In this document: positions 55,018 to 64,000 of the stretch, one piece after another
How the letters are laid out: each line of letters starts with the position of its first letter
Numbering within the stretch: position 1 is the first letter of the stretch
Assembly (NCBI GenBank): GCA_963708075.1
Contig: OY970194.1
Span: 7,072,001-7,136,000 of the forward strand
Direction: 5' to 3'
Source of the DNA: Sedimentisphaerales bacterium
GTDB taxonomy: Bacteria > Planctomycetota > Phycisphaerae > Sedimentisphaerales > Anaerobacaceae
DNA length: 64,000 nucleotides
Position numbers and translations under genes: made by a program
Notes under the pieces: generated by a model
What the model was told of the DNA's origin: nothing
Database searches by the model: none
Seen by the model: the letters and a program-made list of their open reading frames with translations, nothing else

Positions 55018-55824
55018 ATGAGAACCGCGAGAGTGTCAAAGGCGTTCACGCTGATCGAGCTATTGGTCGTGATCGCAATCCTCGCGCTCCTCATGGCGAT
55101 TCTAATGCCGGCGTTGCAGCGCGTCCGCGAGCAGGCCAAGGAGGCGACCTGCCGGAGCAATCTGCATCAGTTTGCCTTGGCCCAGACGATGTACGCGGAT
55201 GACAGCGACGGAAGGTTTGTCTACGCCGGAACGTGCCTGATGGGCAAGAAAAGCGACGATAACAGTGATTACTGCCGTTGGCACGATCCGAACTGGCCCC
55301 ACACAGGTCCTTTCTGGCCGTACATTCCTGCAGAGAAGGTCAGGTTGTGTCCTTCCTTCGCTGTCCTCTCCAAGAGTGAAGGCGAGAAGCACCCGGGGCA
55401 TAAGCCGGGGATTCCTGTGATCCCGTACTACAGTTACTCCATGAACGGCCTGCTGGGCTCGGGCAAAGTAAGTGCCGGCGCGGGCGGCTTTCAGGACCCT
55501 GGCGCCCTCAGGATATCGGATGTCACCCGGCACCATGCCGAGGTCTTCATGTTCTCCGAGGAGAACATGTGGGCGCGAGGGGGTGATGAGAGCGTGCTCA
55601 ACGACAACGCCTTGATGCCCAACATGCGGGACTGGTTTGGGACATTCCACGGGACCAACGCCAGCAACCGCAATGGAGGTACGGTTAATGCCAGCTTTGT
55701 GGATGGCCACGTGCAGGAAGTGAAATCGGCTTTTGGAGAAGACCCGACGGACACGAGCCAGATGGAATATGGCCGATTCGAGAAGTATGGCTGGCCGCAC
55801 AGGAAGCCGCCTCTGACGCCCTGA
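55018..55824 (+). CDS. Prepilin-type N-terminal cleavage/methylation domain protein with C-terminal H-x-DG-type motif
   Basis: KAFTLIELLVVIAILALLMAILMPAL..VRE.A....C.SNL.Q; YSYSMN; FH...NASFVDGHV. Confidence 0.93.
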   Translation: MRTARVSKAFTLIELLVVIAILALLMAILMPALQRVREQAKEATCRSNLHQFALAQTMYADDSDGRFVYAGTCLMGKKSDDNSDYCRWHDPNWPHTGPFWPYIPAEKVRLCPSFAVLSKSEGEKHPGHKPGIPVIPYYSYSMNGLLGSGKVSAGAGGFQDPGALRISDVTRHHAEVFMFSEENMWARGGDESVLNDNALMPNMRDWFGTFHGTNASNRNGGTVNASFVDGHVQEVKSAFGEDPTDTSQMEYGRFEKYGWPHRKPPLTP

Positions 55825-55827
55825 TCG

Positions 55828-57411
55828 ATGGATCGTATGAAGAAATCAGCAGCTCTTGTTCTCATCATCGCCGCACTTGGGCTATCGGCATCCGCTCAGG
55901 ATAAACGCATCGAGAAGTGGGGCTTTCACGAGCTGTCCCTGCCCGGACCGACCGTGGGCAATCCATTTATCGGCATCGAGTTCAGCGCGGTATTTCAGAA
56001 TGGAGACCGCCGATACGAGCCGGAGGGCTTCTACGATGGCAACGGGACCTTCAAAATCCGCTTCATGCCGGATCGCGAAGGGATATGGACGTACAGGACG
56101 AAAAGCAACCGGGAAGCGTTGGATGGAAAAGAAGGTCAATTCCTGTGCACGCCGCCCTCGCCGGGTAATCATGGCCCTGTGCGGGTGAGGAATCAATACC
56201 ATTTTCAGTATGAGGACGGCACGCCGTTCCGGCCATTCGGGACGACGATCTACGAGTGGCCGTTTCAACTCGAGGCCAAACAGCAGGCCACCATTGAAAC
56301 GCTCAAGCACGCCCCCTTCAACAAGGCGCGGTTCCTGATCATTCCGCCCTGGCGCGAGCAGTACAATGAAGGGCCGAGTGCGCTGGACTGTTTTCCATTC
56401 GAAGGCACCTCCAAAGAGAATTGGGATTTCTCCCGCTTCAACCCAGTCTTCTTCCAGCGCGTGGAGCGCTGCGTGACGCAACTGCGGGACATGGGCATCG
56501 AATCGGATCTGATCATCTTTCGGCCGTACGACAACGGCAAATGGGGATTCGACGCGATGGACGCGGAGACCAACGACCGGTACGTGCGATACGTAGTCGC
56601 CCGTTTTGCGGCCTATCGCAATGTCTGGTGGAGCCTGGCCAATGAGAACAGCTTCGTCCGGCATCTGACGGACGAGGATTGGGACCGACTCTTCCAGCTT
56701 GTCCAGGCCCGCGATCCGTACGGCCACCTGAGGTCCATCCACAACGCCGACCGGATTTACGATCACAACAAGCCGTGGGTCACGCATGTCAGCCTGCAAT
56801 ACTACATGGCGGTCCGCTTTCCCGGCGTGTCGCCGCTGCTTCGCGACATCTATCGCAAGCCGATCATCCACGACGAAATCAACTACGAGGGAAACATCGA
56901 AAGCCGCTGGGGGCAGTTGTCCGGCGAGGAAATGGTATACCGCTTCTGGGTAGCGATTGTCGGAGGTGCCTACGTCACGCACGGAGAGACAAACGCTGGT
57001 GAACCCTTCGGCGACGGCTGGATTTCCACCGGCGGCACGCTGAGCCGGGAGAGCCCGGCAAGGATCGCCTTTCTGCGAAAGATCGTCGAGCAGGGGCCGG
57101 CTCAGGGACTCGATCCGATTGAGCAGTACTGGCAACCCAACATCGCCGGGCAGAAGGGACAATACTACCTCATCTATTTCGGCAAGGACCCGGTCAGGGA
57201 ATGGGCCTTCCTCCTGCCGGACGATGAACTCCAGCCGGGCATGCGGTTTCAGGTCGATCTGATCGACACGTGGAATATGACGATCACGCCGGTGGAACAG
57301 GTCTTTGAGGTCGAGCGGATGGACCGGTACAGATTCGCCGATAAGAGCAGAGGAAAGGTCGCCTTGCCGGGAAGACCCTACATGGCTCTGAGAATACAGC
57401 GGGTCAATTGA
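55828..57411 (+). CDS. DUF5060/DUF4038/DUF5605 apiosidase-like glycoside hydrolase
   Basis: GFYDGNG.FKIRFMP..EG.W.Y, HGPVRV, GTTIY, WWSLANE, SIHN, DE..YEG, YVTHGET, IDTWNMT. Confidence 0.85.
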   Translation: MDRMKKSAALVLIIAALGLSASAQDKRIEKWGFHELSLPGPTVGNPFIGIEFSAVFQNGDRRYEPEGFYDGNGTFKIRFMPDREGIWTYRTKSNREALDGKEGQFLCTPPSPGNHGPVRVRNQYHFQYEDGTPFRPFGTTIYEWPFQLEAKQQATIETLKHAPFNKARFLIIPPWREQYNEGPSALDCFPFEGTSKENWDFSRFNPVFFQRVERCVTQLRDMGIESDLIIFRPYDNGKWGFDAMDAETNDRYVRYVVARFAAYRNVWWSLANENSFVRHLTDEDWDRLFQLVQARDPYGHLRSIHNADRIYDHNKPWVTHVSLQYYMAVRFPGVSPLLRDIYRKPIIHDEINYEGNIESRWGQLSGEEMVYRFWVAIVGGAYVTHGETNAGEPFGDGWISTGGTLSRESPARIAFLRKIVEQGPAQGLDPIEQYWQPNIAGQKGQYYLIYFGKDPVREWAFLLPDDELQPGMRFQVDLIDTWNMTITPVEQVFEVERMDRYRFADKSRGKVALPGRPYMALRIQRVN

Positions 57412-57455
57412 AGCTCGTTTGTAGCCAGTAAGGCCGGGCTGGCCCCACCAGAACC

Positions 57456-58955
57456 CTACAGCAGTTGCCGTATCGCCCGAAGCCAACCCTGATACGCCAC
57501 GCGAGCCTTTTGCTGGTCTGCGTCTGAGCCGGGTGCGAACGACCTTCTACCCGCATTGAGTCTGGCGAGCTGGTCCATGCTCACGTAAATGCCTTGTTGG
57601 AGTCCCGCCATGTACGCGGCACCGAGGGCGGAGACATCCTGAATCTCGATATTGACCACGTCTGTTTGCAGCAGGTCCGCCAGGAACTGCATGACGAACC
57701 GATTCGTCGTGATACCGCCATCCACTCGCAGTTGCTGCAGGGGGATGCCGCTATCTTGTTCCATGGCGCCAATCACGTCCTTGATCTGGTAGGGGATGGA
57801 TTCCAGGGCGGCTCGCACAATGTGGTTCCTGTTGCAGCCGAAGGTCAGCCCCGTGATCGCCGCCTTAAGGTCCATCTGCCAGTGGGGGGCGCCGAAACCG
57901 CTGAACGCCGGGACTAAGTATACGCCGCTGCTGTCCGGCACGCTGCGGGCCATGGCCTCCGTCTCCCTGCTCTGGGCAAACAGGCCCAGATTGTCCCGCA
58001 GCCAGTTGATCGTCGCGCCGCAAGTGACAATGATGCCCTCCAGTGCGTAATCCACTCTGTCGGCCGTGCTCCAGCAAATCGTGGTAACCATCCCGGTCGT
58101 GGAGGCGATTCGCTTTGAGCCGGTGCTCAGCAGGATCGAGCATCCGGTCCCCAGTGTGGCTTTGGCCGTCCCCGCGGAGAAGCAGCCTTCGCCAAAAGCC
58201 GCCGCATGAGAATCGCCAATCATTGCACTGATCGGGATCGCTCGCGGAAGCAGGCCTTCGAAATCCGACGAGCCGTAGGAGAAGGATGAAGGTTTTGGGT
58301 CGGGGAGTCTGAGGCCCTGGAGGTTGAATTGTCTGAGCAAATCCCGGTCCCAGGCGAGGTGGTCAATATTAAAGAACAGCGTGCGCGAGGCATTGGTGTA
58401 GTCCGTGAAGAACCGCTGTCCCTTGGTCAGCTTGTGCAGGAGCCACGTATCCACGGTGCCGAACAGGGCTTGGCCGGCATTGACGGCCTCTCTTATCCGC
58501 AGATCGTTTTCATAGAGCCAAATCAGCTTTGTGCCGGAGAAATACGGGTCCATGATGAGACCGGTCCGCTTGATGACTTCTTGCTCGACGCATGAGCCTT
58601 TAAGGCGATTGCAGATCTCCACCGACCGCTTGCATTGCCACACGATTGCGTTGCACAAAGGTGTCCCGGCGGGCGTCCAGAGGCAAAACGTCTCTCTCTG
58701 GTTGGAGATGCCGCAGCATGATATCTGGGCCAGATCCGGCGACACCTCGACGCGAAACTGCTCCAGGCAGATCTTTACAGCGGCCAGGACATTCCGATAA
58801 ATCCCGAGCGGGTCCTGTTCCACAAATCCCGGGGCCGGAAAGGAGGATGTCAGTGGTTCAGTCCCTTTCGCGACCATTCGGCCCTCGCGGTCGAACACGA
58901 TGGCTTTCGTGCCGCTTGTACCCTGGTCTATGGCCAGGATGAAAGTGTTGCTCAT
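57456..58955 (-). CDS. FGGY carbohydrate kinase (glycerol-kinase-like; candidate apulose kinase)
   Basis: LAIDQGTSGTK, SNQRET, DPYFSGTK, GTVDTW, TDYTNASRT, GDSHAA, VDGG. Confidence 0.9.
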   Translation of the reverse strand: MSNTFILAIDQGTSGTKAIVFDREGRMVAKGTEPLTSSFPAPGFVEQDPLGIYRNVLAAVKICLEQFRVEVSPDLAQISCCGISNQRETFCLWTPAGTPLCNAIVWQCKRSVEICNRLKGSCVEQEVIKRTGLIMDPYFSGTKLIWLYENDLRIREAVNAGQALFGTVDTWLLHKLTKGQRFFTDYTNASRTLFFNIDHLAWDRDLLRQFNLQGLRLPDPKPSSFSYGSSDFEGLLPRAIPISAMIGDSHAAAFGEGCFSAGTAKATLGTGCSILLSTGSKRIASTTGMVTTICWSTADRVDYALEGIIVTCGATINWLRDNLGLFAQSRETEAMARSVPDSSGVYLVPAFSGFGAPHWQMDLKAAITGLTFGCNRNHIVRAALESIPYQIKDVIGAMEQDSGIPLQQLRVDGGITTNRFVMQFLADLLQTDVVNIEIQDVSALGAAYMAGLQQGIYVSMDQLARLNAGRRSFAPGSDADQQKARVAYQGWLRAIRQLL

Positions 58956-58962
58956 GCTCGGC

Positions 58963-59928
58963 TCACCTCTTCGGCGAATCCAGCAGTGCCTTGGCGGTGT
59001 GCGCCAGGCCCCGGGCGGATATGCCGTAATGCGTGAATATCTCCAACTGGCTTCCTGTCACGGTGTCTTCATCCGGAAATCCGACGATCCTGAAAGGCAC
59101 GTGCAGGCCCGCCTGCATCAGGATCGCAGCGCACGCCTCGCCCAGACCACCTGCACAACTGTGCTCTTCCACGGTCACGATAGCCTGACATTCCTCGCCT
59201 GCGCGGATCACGGCCTGTGTATCCAGGGGTCTGATCGTGTGCATGCTGATCACGCGGGCTGAAATCCCTTCCTTCTCCAGGTCCCCGGCTGCTTGGAACG
59301 CCTGAATCACCGTCTCTCCTGTGGCAATGAAAGCCACGTCATGGCCCTCGTGCACGAGCAGGGCCTTGCCAACCTCAAAACGTGTCCCAGGCCTGTGCAG
59401 GTGAGGCATGGGACGCTTGCCGAAGCGGATGAATACAGGATGGGACATTCCGGCGGAGGCTTTGATGGCCTCGGCGGTCTCCAGGTTGTCGGCCGGTACG
59501 ATGATCGTGCAGTTGGGGATGGCCCGCAGGACTGCTATGTCGTGGATCGAATGATGCGTGGACCCCAATGCCCCGTAGCTTACGCCCGCACTGATGCCGA
59601 TCAGCTTGACCGGCTGATCCGAATAGCATACGTCGTTCTTGATCTGCTCCAGCGACCGGGCCGTGAGAAAGCTCGCAGGAGACACCGCGTAGACGATTTT
59701 TCCGGTGGAGGCTAATCCCGCGGCAACGCCCACCAGGTTCTGTTCCGCGATACCGACCTCGATGATCTGGTCCGGCAGGGCGGCGGCGAATGGCGCCAGC
59801 TTCCCCGATCCTCGCGAGTCACTGGTCACCACCAGGACATCCGGGTTGTCCTTCGCCAGAGTCAGCAGAGTCTCTGCGAAGACATCCAGGTTCGCCTTGC
59901 CCAACTCGAAACCGGCATCCGAACTCAT
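58963..59928 (-). CDS. Transketolase C-terminal (pyrimidine-binding) subunit
   Basis: EVGIAEQNLVG.AAG, EQIKND, G.THHS..D, TVEEH. Confidence 0.93.
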   Translation of the reverse strand: MSSDAGFELGKANLDVFAETLLTLAKDNPDVLVVTSDSRGSGKLAPFAAALPDQIIEVGIAEQNLVGVAAGLASTGKIVYAVSPASFLTARSLEQIKNDVCYSDQPVKLIGISAGVSYGALGSTHHSIHDIAVLRAIPNCTIIVPADNLETAEAIKASAGMSHPVFIRFGKRPMPHLHRPGTRFEVGKALLVHEGHDVAFIATGETVIQAFQAAGDLEKEGISARVISMHTIRPLDTQAVIRAGEECQAIVTVEEHSCAGGLGEACAAILMQAGLHVPFRIVGFPDEDTVTGSQLEIFTHYGISARGLAHTAKALLDSPKR

Positions 59929-60761
59929 GCTTTCACTTCCCTCAGCATCGCTTCTAACTCCCGCTGTGCCTGCTCGTATTGTTGATCGTTGGGCACCTTA
60001 TGGTGCCATTCGGCCTGGTTCTCGATGAAACTGACGCCCTTGCCCTTCACGGTCTTCGCGATCACCATGCTTGGCTTGCCCGGCTCGAAGGGGACGCTGC
60101 CCAGGATGTTGGCCAGGGCGGTTACATCGTGACCCTCCACACCGCGAACAGCCCAGCCAAAGGCCTGAAACTTTGTCACGAGGCATTCGAGCCTGCACAC
60201 GTCCTCTGTGCGGCCGGAGATCTGCAGTTGGTTGCGGTCCACAATGGCCGTCAGATTGTCAAGGCGGTAGTGGGCCGCCGTCAACATGGATTCCCAGTTG
60301 GAGCCTTCCGCCAGTTCGCCGTCGCCGAGCAGCGTGTACACGCGATAGCCGGCGTTGTCCTTCCTGCCCCCCAGGGCCACGCCAACGCCGAAGGCCAGGC
60401 CATGACCCAGAGCCCCGGTGTTCTGCTCGATCCCACGGATCTTACGCGTCGGGTGGCCGACATAGGGCGACCGGTACCGGCACAAGGTTTCGAGGTCCGA
60501 TTCGGGGAAAAAGCCCTTGTCCGCCAGCACGACGTATAGGGCCTCCACGGAATGGCCCTTGCTTTGAACGTAACGGTCGCGGGCGGGGTCAGTGATGTTT
60601 TCCGGCGAGACATTCAGAACCCGGTTGTACAGGACGTTCAGAATATCGACGCACGACAGACTGCCGCCCGTATGCCCCGCCTTGGCCTTCTTGATGTATT
60701 TGAGCAGCCGGATTCGATACTGGATCGACTTGATTCTCAACTCTGCGTCTGTCATAGCCAT
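59925..60761 (-). CDS. Transketolase N-terminal (TPP-binding) subunit
   Basis: GHTGGSLS, SKGH, TGALGHG, GDGELAEGSNWE, KGKG, WHH. Confidence 0.94.
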   Translation of the reverse strand: MAMTDAELRIKSIQYRIRLLKYIKKAKAGHTGGSLSCVDILNVLYNRVLNVSPENITDPARDRYVQSKGHSVEALYVVLADKGFFPESDLETLCRYRSPYVGHPTRKIRGIEQNTGALGHGLAFGVGVALGGRKDNAGYRVYTLLGDGELAEGSNWESMLTAAHYRLDNLTAIVDRNQLQISGRTEDVCRLECLVTKFQAFGWAVRGVEGHDVTALANILGSVPFEPGKPSMVIAKTVKGKGVSFIENQAEWHHKVPNDQQYEQAQRELEAMLREVKA

Positions 60762-60914
60762 ATACTATACCACCAAGTACGTCGCAGCGCCAAACGTCGC
60801 GATCCCCGGATGTCCGGGTCCCCTTTGCAGTTGACAAAAGCGGGCACTTCACAGATAAAGCTATGGAGATGTGGCTGAGCCCCTGTGAGAGAACTGCGTA
60901 GGAGGCAGTCGCCT

Positions 60915-62405
60915 ATGGGTGCAGGACAGAAATCGACGCTTATCGAACGGCTCGACGCTTTGTATGAGTACGACCGCGAGCCTGTCACCGAGGACAAACT
61001 CCACGGCTGGAAGATCTTCTGGGCGACGTTTGCCGGGGAGCACATTGCCGGGACGGAATTCGTCATCGGCCCGCTGTTCGTCATGCACGGCTGCACGGCC
61101 GTCGACGTGCTGCTGGGACTGCTGATCGGCAATTTCCTGGCCGTCCTCAGTTGGGCCTTTATCTGTGCTCCCATCGCTGTCAAGACGCGCCTCACTCAAT
61201 ACTGGCAGCTCCGCAAACTCGGTGGCCCGTGGCTGACGGTGGCCTACAGCGCCGTCTTTGGTGTGATCCTGTGCGTGCTGGCCGGCGCGATGTTGCGCGT
61301 GTCGATGACCTCCATCGCATTGCCGTTCGAGAAGCTCTTTTCTCAGCCTGGGGCGGAGGCGGGCACGCTGCCCCAGTGGATGTGGGTCGCGATTGCCGTG
61401 GTGGTCGGCTCGGTGATCGCATGCCTGGCGGTGCTGGGATTCAAAGGCATGGCGATCTTCTCAAAGATGTCGGCGCCGTGGATGGTGGTTGTGTTTGTCA
61501 TCGCGGCCGTGGCGACGCTGCCGATGCTCGGCTGCCATTCGGCCGGCGATTTCTGGCGCGTGGCCAACGAGAAAATCTGGACCGGCAAGGTCGCCGAAGG
61601 CATGGGGCGGTTCACGATCTGGCACGTGATCGGCTTCGCGTGGCTGTGCAACATGCCGCAGCATTTCGGCATGGGCGACATGACCATTCTGCGGTTCGCA
61701 CGCAAGTGGCAGATGGGATTCTGCTCCTGTGCGGGCATGTACCTGGGGCACTATATCGCATGGGTCGCTTCGGGCATTCTGTGTGCGGCGGCGATCGACC
61801 AGGGAATCGCGACCGATCCGGGACCGATTGCCTACCTGGGAGCGGGACTGACCGGTGCGCTGTGCGTGGTCGTGGCCGGCTGGAACGTCGCCAGCCCGAC
61901 GCTGTACCGTGCGGGACTGGCCCTGCAGGTGGCCACGCCGAACTGGAGCCGTTGGCGCGTGACGACCATCGTCGGCGCGGGCATGATCGTCTTCGCGTGC
62001 ATGCCGGCGATCATCAAGCATCTCGACCTGTTGGTGACCACCAATGCACTCGTTCTACTCCCGCTGGGAGCGTTCATCTTCATCGACATTCGACTGTTCC
62101 CGAAGATCGGCTTGCAGTCCAACTATGCCGAGCGGACGGGCGCACTGATCAGTTGGCCGGCCGCGGCGGCGTGGATCCTTGCGACGTGTTTCTCCCTCGC
62201 GGCTTTTGTCTACAAGGGCTATGATCCGGTCTTTCCGATCTTCCTCGTGCTGCCCGAATGGATTGTCGCGGTGGTACTGTACATGGTCTTTGTCGCCGCT
62301 CAGCAGAGAATGGCCGGCGCGCGGGCCGGGCTTTCCCCTGTGACGACGGAGTTTCGCCCGGGTCAGGCCGGGCCGGTTCTCCACGGAAGGGAGAGATTGA
62401 CATGA
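60915..62405 (+). CDS. NCS1/purine-cytosine permease-family transporter
   Basis: About 12 hydrophobic segments; EY.REPV, AGEHIAGTEFVIGPLFV, D.T.LRFA, PTLYRAGLA. Confidence 0.85.
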   Translation: MGAGQKSTLIERLDALYEYDREPVTEDKLHGWKIFWATFAGEHIAGTEFVIGPLFVMHGCTAVDVLLGLLIGNFLAVLSWAFICAPIAVKTRLTQYWQLRKLGGPWLTVAYSAVFGVILCVLAGAMLRVSMTSIALPFEKLFSQPGAEAGTLPQWMWVAIAVVVGSVIACLAVLGFKGMAIFSKMSAPWMVVVFVIAAVATLPMLGCHSAGDFWRVANEKIWTGKVAEGMGRFTIWHVIGFAWLCNMPQHFGMGDMTILRFARKWQMGFCSCAGMYLGHYIAWVASGILCAAAIDQGIATDPGPIAYLGAGLTGALCVVVAGWNVASPTLYRAGLALQVATPNWSRWRVTTIVGAGMIVFACMPAIIKHLDLLVTTNALVLLPLGAFIFIDIRLFPKIGLQSNYAERTGALISWPAAAAWILATCFSLAAFVYKGYDPVFPIFLVLPEWIVAVVLYMVFVAAQQRMAGARAGLSPVTTEFRPGQAGPVLHGRERLT

Positions 62406-62584
62406 AGAGTGTTCTAAAGGCTATCTCGTTCGGCTCACTGGCGTTGATGTTGGCCGCTGCGGTTCTGGTCTTCGTCGGCCGCATGGAGCGGACCAGTTAC
62501 TTCATTGTGGCGCTGGTCGGAACGGCCGGCTGGTTCGCGTCCGTTCCATTCTGGATGAAGCGAGGCTTGCATCAATCCGAGTAA
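62402..62584 (+). CDS. Small two-TM membrane protein coupled to the permease
   Basis: ATGA overlap, GGAG RBS, MKSVLKAISFGSLALMLAAAVLVF...WF..VPFW. Confidence 0.75.
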   Translation: MKSVLKAISFGSLALMLAAAVLVFVGRMERTSYFIVALVGTAGWFASVPFWMKRGLHQSE

Positions 62585-62609
62585 CTTCAAGCGAGTGTGA
62601 GGAAGTGGC

Positions 62610-64000
62610 ATGGAAAGCGGTGACCTGCGCGTCGTGCGTCTACGCTGTGAATACCTGGTCAACCCCTTGGGAATCGACGAGACGAGGCCTCGTCTGAGCT
62701 GGAATATCGAGTCGGATCGGCGCGGGGTGCGTCAGACCGCCTGGCGAGTGAGGGTGGCCACCTCGGCCGAGTATCTGGCCCGGGGCGAGGCTGACCTGTG
62801 GGACAGTGGCCGCGTGGAAGACGACCGCACGGTGCATATCGAGTACGACGGGGTCCCGCTGGTTTCGCGCACGGCCTGTCACTGGCAGGTGCAGATCTGG
62901 GATGAGCAGGGGGGGACCGCTGTATCCGAGCGAGCGTTTTGGACCATAGGATTGTTGGAGCCGAGTGATTGGCAGGCACAGTGGATCGCCGCCGATCCTG
63001 ACTATCTCGCTCGTGCCGGACATGCCATCAAGCCGACCCGGACGGAACCTGGAACGCCGCCGTGGCTACGCAAAGCCTTCACAATCGATGGCCCGGTGCA
63101 GCGGGCGACGCTCTATGCCAGTGCCCGCGGCCTGCTCGACCTGCACCTGAATGGCAGGGCTGTGAGTTGGGATGTGTTTGCGCCGGAGTGGACCGACTAC
63201 CGCAAACGGATTCACTACCGCACGTACGATGTCACGGGTCTCGTCCGGCCGGGCGCGAACACGCTCGGCACTGTGTTGGGCGACGGCTGGTACAGCGGCT
63301 ACGTCGGTTGGCAGGAGACACGCGGGCGCTACGGGCTGCAAAACAGCCTCCTGGTCAAGTTAGAAATCGAGTTGGAGGATGGCACACGCCAGATTGTGGC
63401 CACGGACAATTCCTGGCGATGTGCGGCCGGGCCCATCCTGTGCTCGGATTTCATGATGGGCGAGACATACGATGCCCGCCATGAGTTGACAGGCTGGGAT
63501 GAGCGGCAGTACGACGACAGCGGATGGTCTCCCGTTCTCGCGGTGGACCCGCCGGGTGTCCCCTTGGTGGCCCAGCGGTCCGAGCCGGTGCGCGTTATCG
63601 AAACCATCGACCCGGTCTCCGTAAGCGAGATCAGGCCGGGTGTCTTCATCTATGACCTGGGACAGAACATCAGCGGCTGGGTGCGTCTGCGCGTCAGGGG
63701 ACCGGCGGGCACGAAGGTGATGCTACGCCATGGGGAGAGGCTCAGTCCCGACGGCACGCTCTACACGGAGAACCTGCGCCGAGCCAAGGCAACGGATGTG
63801 TACGTCTTGCGGGGTCAGGGCGAGGAAGTCTGGGAGCCGCGATTTACATTTCACGGATTCCAGTACGTTGAGTTGACCGGGCTGCCCGGTGTGCCCGGGG
63901 AAGGTGCCGTCACGGGGTGTGTCGTTCGCTCAGCTACAGCAGCGGCAGGTCGATTCGAGTGCTCCCACCCGGGGATTAACCGGTTATGGCGCAATGCTCT
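62610..64000 (+). CDS. GH78 alpha-L-rhamnosidase (runs off the window end)
   Basis: LRCEYLVNPLGID..RPRLSW, LWDSG, P.LRK.F, P.WTDY..R..Y..YDV, GDGWY, YDLGQN, PRFTFHGFQYVE; no signal peptide evident. Confidence 0.93.
   Translation, partial: MESGDLRVVRLRCEYLVNPLGIDETRPRLSWNIESDRRGVRQTAWRVRVATSAEYLARGEADLWDSGRVEDDRTVHIEYDGVPLVSRTACHWQVQIWDEQGGTAVSERAFWTIGLLEPSDWQAQWIAADPDYLARAGHAIKPTRTEPGTPPWLRKAFTIDGPVQRATLYASARGLLDLHLNGRAVSWDVFAPEWTDYRKRIHYRTYDVTGLVRPGANTLGTVLGDGWYSGYVGWQETRGRYGLQNSLLVKLEIELEDGTRQIVATDNSWRCAAGPILCSDFMMGETYDARHELTGWDERQYDDSGWSPVLAVDPPGVPLVAQRSEPVRVIETIDPVSVSEIRPGVFIYDLGQNISGWVRLRVRGPAGTKVMLRHGERLSPDGTLYTENLRRAKATDVYVLRGQGEEVWEPRFTFHGFQYVELTGLPGVPGEGAVTGCVVRSATAAAGRFECSHPGINRLWRNA

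Noticed and set aside
57456..58955. Naming the kinase glpK
   Set aside because: No glpF/glpD context; linkage to a split transketolase points to another substrate

Overview
High-GC bacterial window. Gene content (ECF/FecR pair, prepilin-type protein in a sugar locus, ThuA/LamG/HEAT fusion, many secreted CAZymes) suggests an anaerobic planctomycete of the Phycisphaerae/Sedimentisphaerales type; this is inference. Order: VKOR-DsbA (frameshifted), DUF1080 and a tandem-esterase/malectin gene; a block of orphan genes sharing an MGLFxxLFG-type N-terminus; an ECF/FecR-headed xylan locus (GH95, GH43, double DUF1593, GH62, GH10, GH3 deletion scar); an eroded integrative element (ATPase/Cdc6 winged-helix junction, ParB/RepB pair, recombinase stub, HTH-IrrE plus DUF4411) ending at a tRNA-Met 3' remnant; a second glycan locus (FG-GAP/TIM barrel, sulfatase, serine hydrolase, beta-helix, IS630-disrupted GH172, GH99-like, Gfo/Idh/MocA); a four-gene [NiFe]-hydrogenase operon; and a pectin/apiose region (PL1, apiosidase-like protein, FGGY kinase, split transketolase, NCS1 permease, GH78). 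Best candidate for an undescribed system: a Tat-exported, anchor-less group-1a-like hydrogenase operon with no cytochrome gene, whose last gene is a large secreted DUF2271 protein carrying a TGAT flavinylation-type motif plus surface repeat domains. Several single-base frameshifts may be assembly errors. All family calls come from motif recognition, not database searches.
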